The translations under genes and the position numbers were made by a program. Positions 25,331 to 38,518 of a stretch of 64,000 nucleotides of DNA are shown piece after piece. Every line of letters begins with the position of its first letter. The stretch's first letter is position 1. Under the pieces are notes generated by a model, which worked only from the letters and a program-made list of their open reading frames with translations, was not told the origin of the DNA and made no database searches. The stretch is from the NCBI GenBank assembly GCA_030390025.1, contig CM059435.1, positions 89,652,001 to 89,716,000 on the forward strand, read 5' to 3'. The stretch is from Squalus acanthias (taxonomy: Eukaryota).

Positions 25331-25772
25331 TGAGAGGTCGCACAACACCAGGTTATAGTCCAACAGTTTTATTTGAAATCACAAGCTTTCGGAGCTATCG
25401 ATTGCCCCTTCCTCAGGTGAAGTAAATAGATACAGAATCGCCAAAGCATATATAGATAGAGAACAAAGCATGTGTACCTTACAATTGCAGACCACTAAAT
25501 TAAATCATCCTGACTATCTGCCGAGGTGTGATAAAGTTAATCAGGTCAGCCAGGAAGGTACCACATCAAAGACATAGCAAGATACAACTGAGACAATGAG
25601 GTGTAGTCGCTGGGGTTCTAACGTGTCAAAAGCTGCCGTCTGTATGTAAAACGAAAAGCTTTAAAATTTTTACTTTTTTACTGGGAAAATTTTTACTTTT
25701 TTTTTACTGGGAATCACATCTGTGAACAAGCCAACGACGACTCGAGTCCGGATCACGTCATGTATCGTGACA
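25331..25772 (-). mobile_element. Penelope-like family B terminal-repeat insertion (nearly non-coding)
   Basis: TSD TATATTCTAT at 25321-25330 and 25773-25782; begins at SRYM (ORF end) and its 3' end matches 56430-56515. Confidence 0.85.
25379..25420 (-). ncRNA. Minimal type-I hammerhead ribozyme (PLE family B)
   Basis: Reverse complement: TCAC-CTGAGGA-A-GGGGC-AATCGATA-GCTCC-GAAA-GC-TT-GTGA. Confidence 0.75.
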
Positions 25773-27149
25773 TATATTCTATGCCTCGGCTAATAAAGGT
25801 AAATATCCCATATGCCTTCTTAACCACATTATCTACCTGTCCTGCTACCTTCAGGGATCTGTGGACATGCACTCCAAGGTCCCTCTGATCTTCTGTACTT
25901 CTCACTGTCCTACCATTTATCGTGTATTCCCTTGCCTTGTTAGCCCTCCCCAAATGCATTACCTCACACTGCTCCAGATTGAATTCCATTTGCCACTGTT
26001 CTGCCCACCTGACGAGTCCATTGATATCTTCCTGCAGTCTGCAGCCTTCTTCTTCATTATCAACCACACGGCCAATTTTTGTATCATCTGCAAACTTCTT
26101 AATCATACTTCCTACATTCAAGTCCAAATCATTGATATAGACCACAAAAAGCAGAGGACCCAGTACTGAGCCCTGCGGAACCCCACTGGAAATAGCCTTC
26201 CAGTCACAAAAACACCCTTCGACCATAACCCTTTGTTTCCTGCCTCTGAGCCAATTTTCGATCCAACTTGCCACTTTGCCTTGGACCCCATGGGCTTTTA
26301 CTTTCGTGACCAGTCTGTCATGCGGGACCTTATCAAAAGCCTTGCTAAAATCCAATAGACTACATCAAACGCACTACCCACATCCACCCTCCTTGTTGCC
26401 TCCTCAAAAAATTCAATCAAATTCAATGTGCAGCTGGTGTGCGACCACAGGCAGCGCATCATGAAGATGAATGCCCGTTATTCTGGTAGTAGTCACAATT
26501 CCTTCATTCTGTGCAGTCCTTTGTGCCACTTACATCTGAACCACCACGCCAAGTCAAAGGCTGGCTACTGGGCGACAAGGGTTAGCCACTCATGACATGG
26601 CTCTTGACTCTGGTCCAGAACCCACGCACACGTGCACAGCAGGCATACAATGAGAGTCGTGCTGCCACAAAGAGTATTATAGAGCACACCATTAGCATCC
26701 TCAAGCAATGCTTTGCTGCCTGGACCACTCTGGAGGGCCCTGCAGTACTCAACTGAGCAGGCATCAAGATTTGGGTAGTATGCTGCATGCTGCACAACCT
26801 GCACATTATGAAGGAACAGCCTTTGTAGCCCACCTATCAGGTGAGAAGCTGAGGAACAGGAGGAAGAAGAGGAAGAGGAGGAGGAGGACCTGGAGGAAGA
26901 GGAAAGGAGGCTACAACATAGACAGCCCCTTTCTGCCCGGGCTCTATGTGATGAAATAATTCATGAGCGATGCCAGTAACCTCAACCACAACTCCCCATT
27001 CACCAACAGCCCCACACTCCTTATCTTTCCTCCATCACTGACCATCGCCTCATCCTCTTTACGACAACACAAAAATAAAACCACCAGAAAATGCACATTC
27101 CAATCCAAATTTATGAATTCAATTATGACATAATGCATACAAAAATAAA

Positions 27150-29000
27150 CTAATCACCCTTGTGCATTCCCTTAGTACCTGTCTTCCATGTGTCTTTGCC
27201 TCTCCTAGTGTTCCTACGAGATAATGCTCCAGTGGCTGCAGCATGGGTGGGGGAAGGTTGCTGACCTCCAATTGAGGAGACTGCAGATGGCCTTGGAGGG
27301 TGACCTCGAGCAGCTCTAGGCCTAGAAGCCCTGGCTTCAGACTGCACCGTTTTGGCTTGTGCTGCAGCAGTCTCGGCTGGTTGGCTGACCGGCAACAGCA
27401 AGGGCACTGGCAGAGTGGCAACGGTGGGAGCAGGAATGCTGTCATCCTGAGAGGAAAGCAGATTTGTGCTACATGGAGCCACTACCACTTTCCCGGGGCA
27501 GCGCCTCAGCAATCCTACTGATCTGTTGGACAACAGATTGATGGACTGCTGTGATGTCTTGGAAGCCCCTTTGAACAGTGGTATCCAGAGCCATGATGGC
27601 AGTCGTCTGAGCTTTCACTGCAGCACTCCGACCTTTGATGAAAGCTGTTTGTGCTGCAATGGAAGCTGCAACATTGGCCATCAGATGCTGCATCATGGTG
27701 GGTTCCACAGGTGTACTGATGAAGATGACCACCTGTTCCATGTTGGAAAGGATGGGCTTCAAGCTCTGCACAAAGCCCTGTGCCAAGTTAGTGCTGGGTT
27801 CCTCCATGCTCCTTGACATTGAGCATAGACTTTCTGACAGGCTTTCCAGTAAACCAAGCATTTGGTTATGTACACCCATCAGCCTTCTGTAGCCTGGCAC
27901 ATCAAAGTCCTTATCCGAGTCCTCTGCAGCAGAACTAGTAGGCGACTTCGCCCTCTGGCGAGCTGGCACCTGCGCTATCCTTTCCCCCACCCTGGCTCCT
28001 GCGCACTTGTGCTTGGTGTCTCGCCACGTGCAGATCCCTCCTCTATCCTAGCCTCTAAAATAAGTGCAGTGTCAGTCTCCGAGCTGGTGGCTGGGTGTGT
28101 AAGATCAGGTGATGGTGTGTCTTCATTTTCACTGTCTTCTTCCTCTTCCTCCATTGACTGGGAAGGCTCCAGTTCTTGGGTATCTGAATTGAAAAAGGGA
28201 CGAGGGTTGGGTTGTGCTGAGGGGAAAGGAGAAAGTAAGAAGTGCGTGTTTACACCATCTGCAGCTTCGAAGTCAGAAGAGATTGAGGGATGAGGGAAGA
28301 GAGGAGGAAGATTAGGTATGCAGATACCCTCATCATCAATTGCTTCAGCCCCGCCAGTGGCCATGGCCTCAGTGATGCCCCTTCCCATGATGACCAGCAC
28401 CGTCTCCTCCATGGAGATTAAAACTTGCAGGCACGCTTGTTCTCTTCCAGTTCTTTGCTGCTGCCTGCAGTTATGCACCACTTTCTCCTGCAAGAAAGAG
28501 GGGAGTGTGTAAGTGAGTGTCCTGCAAAACGCTTGGGTGATGTGGCTGTGTGTGTGAGTTGTGGGTGTGAAGCTTGCATCAGTGCTAAGTGTGTGAGGGT
28601 GAGGTAAAGCATATGAATTTTAGGGTTGAGTACTGATTGATGGAGATTGTTGGTAGATGGGTGATGGGGGTGTAGTGAAAATTGAGCACTGGATGAAGCT
28701 AGTGGTGCAGTTGGTATGATATGCCATTTGAAGATGAACTCACTCAGCTTGACAACTCGTGTGAGATCGTTAAACTTCTTCCTGCACTGCATCCATGTTC
28801 TTGGAGCAACACAACTGGCACTGACCTCCGCCGCTACTTCTTCCCACTGCCTGCTGAACATCTGTCTACAGGGTCTCCTGCCCTCCTGCCACCCTTCCCC
28901 CCCACCGATACAGGACTCTCCTCCTTTCCACCCATTTCACCCAGACCTCCAGTGCAGTATCTGAAAACCTTGGTGCACGCTCTCTCGCATATTCAGCCAT
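27150..29000 (-). pseudogene. Harbinger Myb/SANT-like protein gene remnant (3 exons)
   Basis: Starts MAEYARERAPRFSD; ORF 28418..28861 reads QWEEVAAEVSASCVAPRTWMQCRKKFNDLTR; later exons lie in ORFs 27975..28493, 27469..27990 and 27150..27533. Confidence 0.85.
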
Positions 29001-30352
29001 TGCTCAACGTATCCGAGCACAGAATCAATTTTCAAATGACTCCCACCACATCTTGCAGCCACAATGCACCTCCCCTTTAAGAGGTGCAAGCTGCCTTTAA
29101 GTAGCGCTAGTCACTCGCAATATCGGGCCCCCTGCTGATGTGTGCAGTCAATGAACAACGTGGGTAGTGCTGACTGCACGCAGCAATCATGTAAAACAGC
29201 GGACAGCACGAATTTACGTTTCGGAAGAGAAGGGGAAGAGAAAATTGGTGGAATAAAGGAAGGAAAATGATTTAAGAATAATAGGATTGCTTGCCCATTT
29301 GAAGAAGATGCATCAGTGCAGATAGATTTTTAAATCCACTGTGAATCAGTTAGTTCCCCAGTACATGCACTAATTAAAGAATGCCCACTGTCGCATTGTA
29401 TTGAAGATTAATTAAATCATGTTATTCATTACAAATTAGATAATGTTACTGTTCAAAAATATATATTTAAAGAAAAAGTGAAACCTAATGTTCCTACATT
29501 TGCCAACATAAGAACAATTAATGCATTTTCAAGTCATTGGTTGTAGGTTAAATGCTTTGGGATGTTTTTGAGAGATGTAATGCATGTAAATGCAAGTCTT
29601 TCTTGGTGCTATGCCTGATAGTTGTACACGGGTGACTTTGAAAATAAAAGTATTATTCGGTATTGCAGGCAAGGATTGATGATTAGAAAGGCATTGAGTT
29701 TTGAACTGCCTAAATTGGACAATAAAGTTGGATTATTTAAAATTAAAAGAATACTGTAAGACGTTGTGCTTCTGTATATGGTATCTCAGGAAAAAGTTCT
29801 TTATTTTACTAATTTATCTAAACTGTGTGAAAATTGCTGTTTATGCAATTCTGTACATGCAGCTTAACATGAACATTCTTATAATGGGCAAAATATCTCC
29901 TTTACTCAAACGCAATTGGTCTATATTAGAACTTATGTTTCCCTTTAAATAAAAATTCTGAGTGACAAGATGGCCATCAAACTATTTTAACACTGGAGCA
30001 AGAAAACCCTTTGGATCTACCAAATGACAGCAACTAAATCCGCACTTTTAACTGGGCAGAAATCGGGCGGGCAGGGGCCGAGGCCGGCGGCAAACTGTCC
30101 TGACCTCGGCAGTACGAGGCTGGGAGATTTTAACTTCCTGACTTCATCTGAATGCCCCTGGTCACTTTCCTGCTCAAAATTGGTGGGAAGCAGCATCTGA
30201 TGGGCAGTAGGGCAATGTTGGGAGCAGAAAGATGCCATTGAGGAACGAAGGAGTGGTCCCCGGCACACAGGTAAGTTGCACGGAGAGGATTTTGGGAGGG
30301 CCTCAAGATTGGGGGCAGGAGCCCAGGTCAGGAGAGGCCTAAACTTTTCTTA

Positions 30353-30697
<345 letters not shown>

Positions 30698-30939
30698 TTA
30701 CATTAAAAAACTAAACACTTAAAAATGTTGTACTTTAGTAAATAGTATAATTAAACTTCTGATTTTTTTTAATTATGTCCTTCATCTCAAAGTGCATTCC
30801 AATTTAGTTGTTACTTTCTAATATTTTACCGTTTCATTAATGTAGGTGAGATATTCCAGTTAGCATCAGACTCAGCCTCTTCAAACATTTATAGTATGAA
30901 AAAGAAATGCAAAATGGTACAGCATTCCAAATACAATCT

Positions 30940-32693
30940 TGACAATTAAATGCATATTTTGGTTCTGTCTTCACAAAGGAGGACACAAATAACCTCCCAG
31001 AGATATTGGAGAACATACGGTCTGATGAAAGGGAGGAACTGAAAGAAATCAGTATTTGCAGGGAAATGGTGTTAGGGAAATTGACGGGATTGAAGGCCGA
31101 TAAATCCCCAGGGCCTGATAATCTACATCCTAGGGTACTTAAGGAAGTGGCCCTAGAAATAGTAGATGCATTGCTGATCATCTTCCAACATTCGATGGAA
31201 TCTGGAACTGTACCCATGGATTGGAGGGTAGCTAATGTTACCCCACTATTCAAAAAGGGTGGTAGAGAGAAAGCGGAGAATTACAGACCGGTAAGCCGGA
31301 CATCGGTATTAGGGAAAATGCTCGAGTCCATTATAAAGGATGTAATAGCTGAGCACTTGAAAAACAGTGACAGGATCGGACAAAGTCAACATGGATTTAC
31401 AAAAGGTAAATCGTGCTTGACTAATCTACTGGAATTTTTTTTGAGGATGTAACTGGGAAAATAGATAAGGGAGAACCAGTAGATGTGGTGTATTTGGACT
31501 TTCAAAAGGCTTTCGATAAGGTCCCGCATAAGAGATTAGCGTGTAAAGTTAAGGCACATGGGATTGGGGGCAAGGTATTGACTTGGATAGAGAACTGGTT
31601 GGCGGACAGAAAGCAGAGAGTAGGAATTAATGGGTCTTTTTCCGAGTGGCAAGCAGTGACTAGTGGGGTACCACAGGGATCGGTCCTGGGACCCCAGCTA
31701 TTCACAATATACATTAATGATCTAGATAAGGGAACTAAATGTAATATCTCCAAGTTTGCAGATGACACAAAGCTGGGTGGGAGTGTGTGCTGCGAGGAGG
31801 ATACCGAGAAACTCCAGGATGATTTGGACAGGTTGGGTGAGTGGGCAGAAGCGTGGCAGATGCAATATAACGTGGATAAGTGCGAGGTTATCCACTTTGG
31901 TGTCAAAAACAGAAAGGCAGACTATTATCTGAATGGCAATAGATTGGGAGAAGGGGAAGTGCAACGAGACCTGGGTGTCCTTGTGCACCAGTCGCTGAAA
32001 GTAAGCATGCAGGTGCAGCAGGCGGTGAAGAAGGCAAATGGTATGTTGGCCTTCATAGCGAAAGGGTTTGAGTATAGGAACAGGGATGTCCTGCTGCAGT
32101 TGTACAGGGCCTTGGTGAGACCACACCTTGAGTACTGTGTGCAGTTTTGGTCGCCTTATCTGAGGAAGGATGTTCTTGTCATGGAAGGAGTTCAGCGAAG
32201 ATTCACAAGGCTGATACCTGGGATGGCAGGAATGACATATGAGGAGAGATTGGGTCGATTGGGCTTATACTCACTGGAGTATAGAAGAATGAGAGGGGAT
32301 CTCATCGAAACATATAAAATTCTGTCAGGTCTGGACAAACTAGATGCAAGAAGAATGTTCCTGATGGTCGGAGAGTCCAGAACCAGGGGTCATCATCTAA
32401 GGATAAGGGGTAAGCCATTTAGGACAGAAATGAGGAAGAATTTCTTCACCCAGAGAGTGGTGAACCTGTGGAATTATCTACCACAGAAGGTAGTTGAGGC
32501 CAAGTCATTAAATATATTCAAGAATGAGTTAGATATATTTCTTAAAGCTAAAGGTATCAAGGGATATGGGGAGAAGGCAGGTACAGGGTACTGAGTTTGG
32601 ATGATCAGCCATGATCTCATCGAATGGCGGAGCAGGCTCGAGGGGCCGAATGGCCTACTCCTGCTCCTATCTTCTATGTTTCTATGTTTCTAT
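30940..32693 (+). mobile_element. CR1 LINE, 5'-truncated, one frameshift
   Basis: ORFs 31006..31452 and 31485..32594 (RT FADD); (TTCTATGT)n tail; same subfamily as 941-3409. Confidence 0.93.
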
Positions 32694-34360
32694 AGTACAG
32701 TTCATACAATGCAATTCGCACTTTCTAGCCTCTACTTCAAATCCTTAATTCTTTACAAACTCAAATTATGAAATTTGCCTTTTCCTATCATATTGCATAC
32801 TAGTTCTTCCCCCTACATGCTCCTACAGAAAAAACTTAATTGAAATATTTTTAACATACAGTCTACTTGAAAGTGCATTAAAAACACAAGGTAACAAGGG
32901 GTGCATAAAATTACTGTCTTCAGGAAATAATTTCTACCTAAATTCCTTTGCTAGACATTTTCTTCCATGCCATAGTATCATGCCATATTATTCTATGGCC
33001 AAATTACAGTTTTAAAAAAAAGCCATTTAATTTGTCCACTCAGGTTTTCCAACATTTGCATTTTAATTCCTTCCCCATCTCAAATTTGCAATTGTGTTTC
33101 TATCCTCAATGCACCTGGTTCCATTTTGGTGAGAGATGAAACCAAATGCTAAAATGGATATCAGTGCTTTCAAACTCAGGTAAGCAAAAAACTTTGAGTT
33201 CATTGCTATCAACAGATTATGGGCTTGTATGATTACTGCTTATTTTGTATTTGTTCCCCCCAAGTCCAAAGCATTAGGTCTGACAAGCAAGGAAATATTT
33301 GGAGGCCGGGAACTGTGCATCCATCCTAGATTTTATAAAGGTTGTCATCCAGTCTAAAAGTAGTCTACATTTGCATACAATAACAACCATTTATTAAAGT
33401 TGAATTAGTTACTAAGGAGTACTCAACACTCTCCCTTCCACACCCCTCCTCCCTTCCTAGCCAGTTTTATTCCCACCCGTGTCAGAATTTTACATCAGTA
33501 AATCTGCCATTGCTGGAGGAAAAGAAGTTTTATAAGTGCAACAAAAAATTAATCCTTAGATATTTTTTTTAATCTCCTAATGCCATTCAATTGGTTATTA
33601 ATGGAGGATAAACTTTTAAAATATTACTGCTTAAAACTTTCTTCCCCAACAGTCAGTCACTTAAGTGGAAATGGGGTTAAAATTTAATTTAAAAAAATGC
33701 TAGTTGATTGTCCAATGCATTGCTATCAAACATATATATCTATAGGCTCTTATCTTTCTCCAGTGCCGCTAGTGGATGATATTACGTACTTTAGCACAGC
33801 AAAACCAGTAAGTTAGAACTCTGCAGCAGCAGAATGGGACAGAAGAAACAGTGTAAGGAAAAAATATAAGCTGGTAATTTTTGGATGTGAAACTCTTTTG
33901 CAATTCTAAGTTAACCTATAGTAACTAGTGCTGCACACGGAGAACACGCATACAAAAAAGGGCAAACTGAGCAAGTTTGGAGGTTTTAATTGGTCAAAAA
34001 TTCAAGATTTTGACCTACTTGCAGAAAATCACGAATGATCAAAAATGGCTGAATTTACAAAATTTCACAAAAAGAGAATTGGAACTAAATAATGGGAAGT
34101 TAAGGACTAGAAAGCTGCGCTAGAGCATTCCGTCCATATTAACCACTGATACTAACATTGCCTCAGACTGTCCCTATTCTAATTAAGCAGTGAGGAATAT
34201 CGAGACGTACATTCAACAGCAACTTAATTAGCAGATGCTGTAAAATAATGCATATCTCCAAATTCTATGCCATTGGATCCGAGTGAAACAATGTTCTCAA
34301 AAATAAATCAAAATATTTAATGAAAAATCATATTCAAAATTAGGCTGCAAATGCAGTATT

Positions 34361-35116
34361 GGGCCAGAAATTCGGCTTTCCGGCTTCCTGCGGGTGTAAG
34401 TATCGCGCGCGTACTTGCCTACCGCGCCTGCAGTTGTGCTTTGGGCCCACGAGGACTTCGGGTCCTGGGCCCCCTCCAGCTGCCGGTGTGCAGTGCTTGC
34501 GTATCCCAGGGGCGCAGTTAGTTCGAAGCGTCCCCTGGGATCACGTGGGCCATGGAGAGCCAATCCTAGCAGGGCATTTTCATTCACAGATTTGACAGGA
34601 AGACCTGTCAAATCTAATAGAGATCGGCCCCAAAACCACACTTAAATTTCAAATAAATTGAAAAAAATCACATTTTTAAAATAACTATAAGTTAAATAAA
34701 TTAACTATTTTAAACAAAATTTAAATTTTTGAAAAAATTAATTATACTTTTTAACGGTGCTAAAAATAAACTTACCTTTCTTTAAAGTATCTAAAAAAGA
34801 TAAACCTGTTGAAAAAATGTTTAAATTGTAATTAATTAACCACTTACCTTGTTAAAAACAGGCCTTGCGCCTCCTTTTTAAAAGTGCAGCTTCTTCATAC
34901 TTACCTTCCCGGAGAAACCTGAAAAAAAAACGAAGTTCGCTGCATGCGCGCAGCCTCTCCCGCGCATGCGTTCGACTTCTGAACCCCTCCCTTCAAGGGA
35001 ACGGAAGTTCCAGTTTCCTGCGCATGCGCAGTGCATGCAGGAAACTGGCACTTCAGGTGGCCTTACGGGTGAGTACACAGCGCGTACTCACCTGACAACA
35101 GCCGAATTTCTGGCCC
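34361..35116. mobile_element. Harbinger-type MITE with perfect 17-bp TIRs
   Basis: GGGCCAGAAATTCGGCT / AGCCGAATTTCTGGCCC; TSD ATT; GC-rich ends around an AT-rich core. Confidence 0.88.
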
Positions 35117-35327
35117 ATTATATTTAAGTATATCAAAGATTTTACAATGTTGACCAACATTGATATGGATCTCACCATAAAGTATTGCAAGTTTTACAAC
35201 AGCTCTCAGCCAATCAGAACTCTGCTCTGCAGCTACTGAATCCCACAATCTAATTGGTCCAATGGACAGAAATGATTTGTGTCTGTTGTCCCAGTTCAGT
35301 TTAATTTATAAAACTGTAGAGAAATAC

Positions 35328-35406
35328 CTGATGGCAGATGTGGCAAACACCTGGCCATTTGATCCGACACTGAGCACTATAATGGATGCAACCACGACGA
35401 TCAGAT
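35328..35406 (-). CDS. KCNQ1: KCNQ1 coding exon (exon 4 equivalent; S3)
   Basis: gcag|(D)LIVVVASIIVLSVGSNGQVFATSAI(R)|gtatt; 79 bp; phase is compatible with both neighbouring exons. Confidence 0.96.
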
Positions 35407-36048
35407 CTGCAAATCAAAATCAGACATGCCAATTAGTTCCAAATATAACAAAAGAAATTATTTTAATCTTTTCAAGATAATGTCCCAAAAATTCATTACA
35501 TTGGTAGTAAACATTCAAAAACTACACTTGGAACAATTTTCAAATAACAAATTCAAGACCATTGTAAACTTTAGTTTCTACTTCATTTCAATCTCAATGA
35601 AAATTACAACTTATGAATAGTAAAAACATGCCCAGAACTTCATCCAAGTTATACTTTTCCCCCACATCAGTTGAAAAAGCAATCAAGGGGTCTGCTCCCA
35701 CGTTCTTCTGTGACTCAGGAGTGGCCTGGGTTGACGCTCTTCCTGATTTTCTCTCTTCCTCTGTTCACCAAGATGATGTTACTGTAAGAGCACTTAGTGT
35801 ATTCAAAACTTTATTCTATATGTCATTCAACTATTCCATATCCATCCCTGAACCAAATTTTTATAATGCAATAGTAACTGTGTTGCAGTTTTTTTAAAAT
35901 ATTTTGGTAATTGTCACAAAGTCAGATACTTATCCAGAACCTCAGGATGTTCTGCTTGACAGTTACCTCAAGAAAGCATAGTTGGCAATGATTTAAACAT
36001 AGGTGGTTAAAGTTAAGATATTTGAGAGAAACTCCATTAAATCCTCAC

Positions 36049-36175
36049 CTATAATTGAAATAGGTTTTCTGGCAAACCGAATTCTTCCTTTAACACCAAC
36101 ATATTTACTTCTGCAGCCTGCAGACCACAGCCGTACCATATATTCAGCACCGAAAAAAACCACTAATACAATTTC
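36049..36175 (-). CDS. KCNQ1: KCNQ1 coding exon (human exon 3 equivalent; S2 and S2-S3 linker)
   Basis: Reverse complement reads cttag|[43 protein letters not shown]|gtgag; 127 bp; closely matches Kv7.1 as recalled. Confidence 0.96.
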
Positions 36176-36986
36176 CTAAGTAGAGAAAGAAAGAACTGTT
36201 GAGAGCGGATTAATTTTTGTGCACTCAAAGCTAGAAATTACTGCTTATGGTATTAATGGACAAACACTTAAAACATTCTCAGGACATTTTAACAGAGATA
36301 TAACTATTTACAACTTCAAACTGCCGACAGAGGAGTGTCATGAGAATAAATTACTCCACTAATATTGCCAAGAGCAATTTCCAGGTTTAACTCTAGGGGC
36401 AACCTTTATGCAGTTCCACATTCCAATGTGTACCGTTTTGGGTGATTCATTCTATTTGAAGCACACACCAAGGAAGAAATTTCTATTCTTTTTTCGTTCT
36501 GCTGATCTTTTAATCTGCTGTTTGCTTTTCATATTCATCAGTCTTTACTTTCCTTCGAATCCACTTATATCTTCCATGTGTGTTAAATACCCTTTTGTGA
36601 TACTTTCTCTTTTTTGGTTCAATCACGCTTTCAATTTGTTCAGCACTTTCACTTAATTATCATAATCTTTAACTACTCCATTCTTTTTGTTTTGCAACCT
36701 CTTTCATTCTCTTCTCTTATATTGTCTCCCTTCCTTCCACTAGAAATGGGTGTAGAGGGCCAAAGCTCATCTTCAGTACTCATTAATATGTTTAAAGTTA
36801 ATGGCACTAACTATAAAATATGTAAATTTTGATTCCACACTTGCATTCATAAAAATTACTAGTACTTAAGCCACATCTCTGCAAATCTAGGCTAGCTGAA
36901 TTTTACTAGATATATTCTAGTAGTTGGTGTACAAAATAAGAAATCTCTGTTCTAATCCCTGGGTCTCACTATCACTTATCTAGATA

Positions 36987-38518
36987 TAAGAACATAAGAA
37001 ATAGGAGCAGGAGTAGGCCATTCAATAAGATCATGACTGATCTGGTCTTGGCCTCAACTCCACTTTCCTGCCCGCTCCCCATAACCCTAGATTCTCTTAT
37101 CGTTCAAAAATCTGTCTATCTCTACCTTAAATATATTCAATGACCCAGCCTCCACAGCTCTCTGGGGTAGAGAATTCCAAAGATTCACGACCCTCAGAGA
37201 GAAGAAATTCCTCCTCATCTCTGTTTTAAATGGGCGACCCCTTATTCTGAAACTATGCCCTCTAGTTCTAGATTCCCCCACGAGGGGAAACATCCTCTCT
37301 GCATCTACCCGGTCAAGCCCCCTCAGAATCTTATAAGTTTCAATAACATCACCTCTCATTCTTCTAAACTCCAAAGAGTATAGGCCCAACCTTTCTTCAT
37401 AAGACAACCCCTTCAGCTCAGGAATTAACCTAGTGAACCTTCTCTGAACTTCCTTCAATGCAAGTATATCCCTCCTTAAATAAGGAGACCAAAACTGTAT
37501 GCAGTACTCCAGGTGTGGTCTCACCAACGCCCTGTACAGTTGTAGTAAGACTTCCCTACTTTTATACTCCATCCCCCTTGCAATAAAGGCCGACATTCCA
37601 TTTGCCTTCCTAATTACTTGCTGTACCTGCATGCTAACTTTTTGTGTTTCATGTACGAGGACACCCAGATCCCTCTGTACCGCAGCATTCTGTAGTCCCT
37701 CTCCATTTAAATAATAATTTGCTTTTTTATTTTTCCTACCAAAGTGGATAACCTCACATTTTCCCACATTATACTCCATCTGCCAAATGTTTGCCCACTC
37801 ACTTAACCTATCTATATCCCTTTGCAGATTCCTTCACAACTTGCTTTCCCACCTATCTTTGGATCATAAGCAAATTTGGCTACAATACACTCGGTTCCTT
37901 CATCCAAGTCATTAATATAGATTGTAAACAGCTGAGGTCCCAGCACTGATCCCTGTGGCACCCCACTAGTTACAGTTTGCCAGCCTGAAAATGACCCATT
38001 TATCCCGACTCTCTGTTTCCTGTTAGTTAGCCAATTCTCTATCTATGCTAGTATATTACCCCCAACCCAGTGAGCTCTCATCTTGTGCAGAAACCTTTGA
38101 TGTGGCACCTTATCAAATGCCTTCTGGAAATCCAAATACACATCATCTACTGGTTCCCCTTTATCCACCCTGCTCGTTACATCAAAGAACTCTAGCAAAT
38201 TTGTCAAACATGATTTCCCTTTCATAAAACCATGCTGACTCTGCTTAACTGTATTATGATTTTCTAAATGTCTTGCTACTACTTCCTTAATAATGGACTC
38301 CAGCATTTTCCCAATGACAGATGTTAGGCTAACTGGTCTATAGTTTCCTGCTTGTTGTCTCCCTCCTTTCTTGAATAGGGGTGTTACATTTACGGTTTTC
38401 CAATCCGCTGGGACCTCTCCAGAATCCAGGGAATTTTGGTAGATTACAACCAATGCATCTACTATCTCTGCAGCCACTTCTTTTTAAGACCCTAGGATGC
38501 AGGCCATCAGGTCCAGGG
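36987..38518 (-). mobile_element. CR1 LINE fragment
   Basis: ORFs 37087..37779 and 38043..38477; TAAGAACATAAGAA tail. Confidence 0.92.

Larger units (their letters stand above)
24720..26422 (-). mobile_element. CR1 LINE fragment inside the Harbinger transposase
   Basis: ORFs 25753..26355 (DFSKAFDKVPH, FADD) and 24974..25363; CATAGAATCATAGAA tail; TSD TCAAT at 24715-24719 and 26423-26427. Confidence 0.9.
24119..26980 (+). pseudogene. Harbinger (HARBI1-like) DDE transposase split by a CR1 insertion
   Basis: ...VQGAIDYTHIALRAP...FMNRKGFHSLN (ends 24719) resumes as VQLVCDHRQRIM...GSSHNSFIL and WLLGDKG after 26427. Confidence 0.88.
22180..29215. mobile_element. PIF/Harbinger DNA transposon 2 with nested PLE and CR1 insertions; right TIR not found
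   Basis: Left end ATT|GGGGGAGAAATTGAG; transposase on + and Myb/SANT gene on -, convergent; right boundary approximate. Confidence 0.8.

Noticed and set aside
24119-29000. Host HARBI1 / NAIF1 / MSANTD genes
   Set aside because: Stops, frameshifts, nested insertions and a TIR-like end indicate decayed transposon genes, not domesticated loci.
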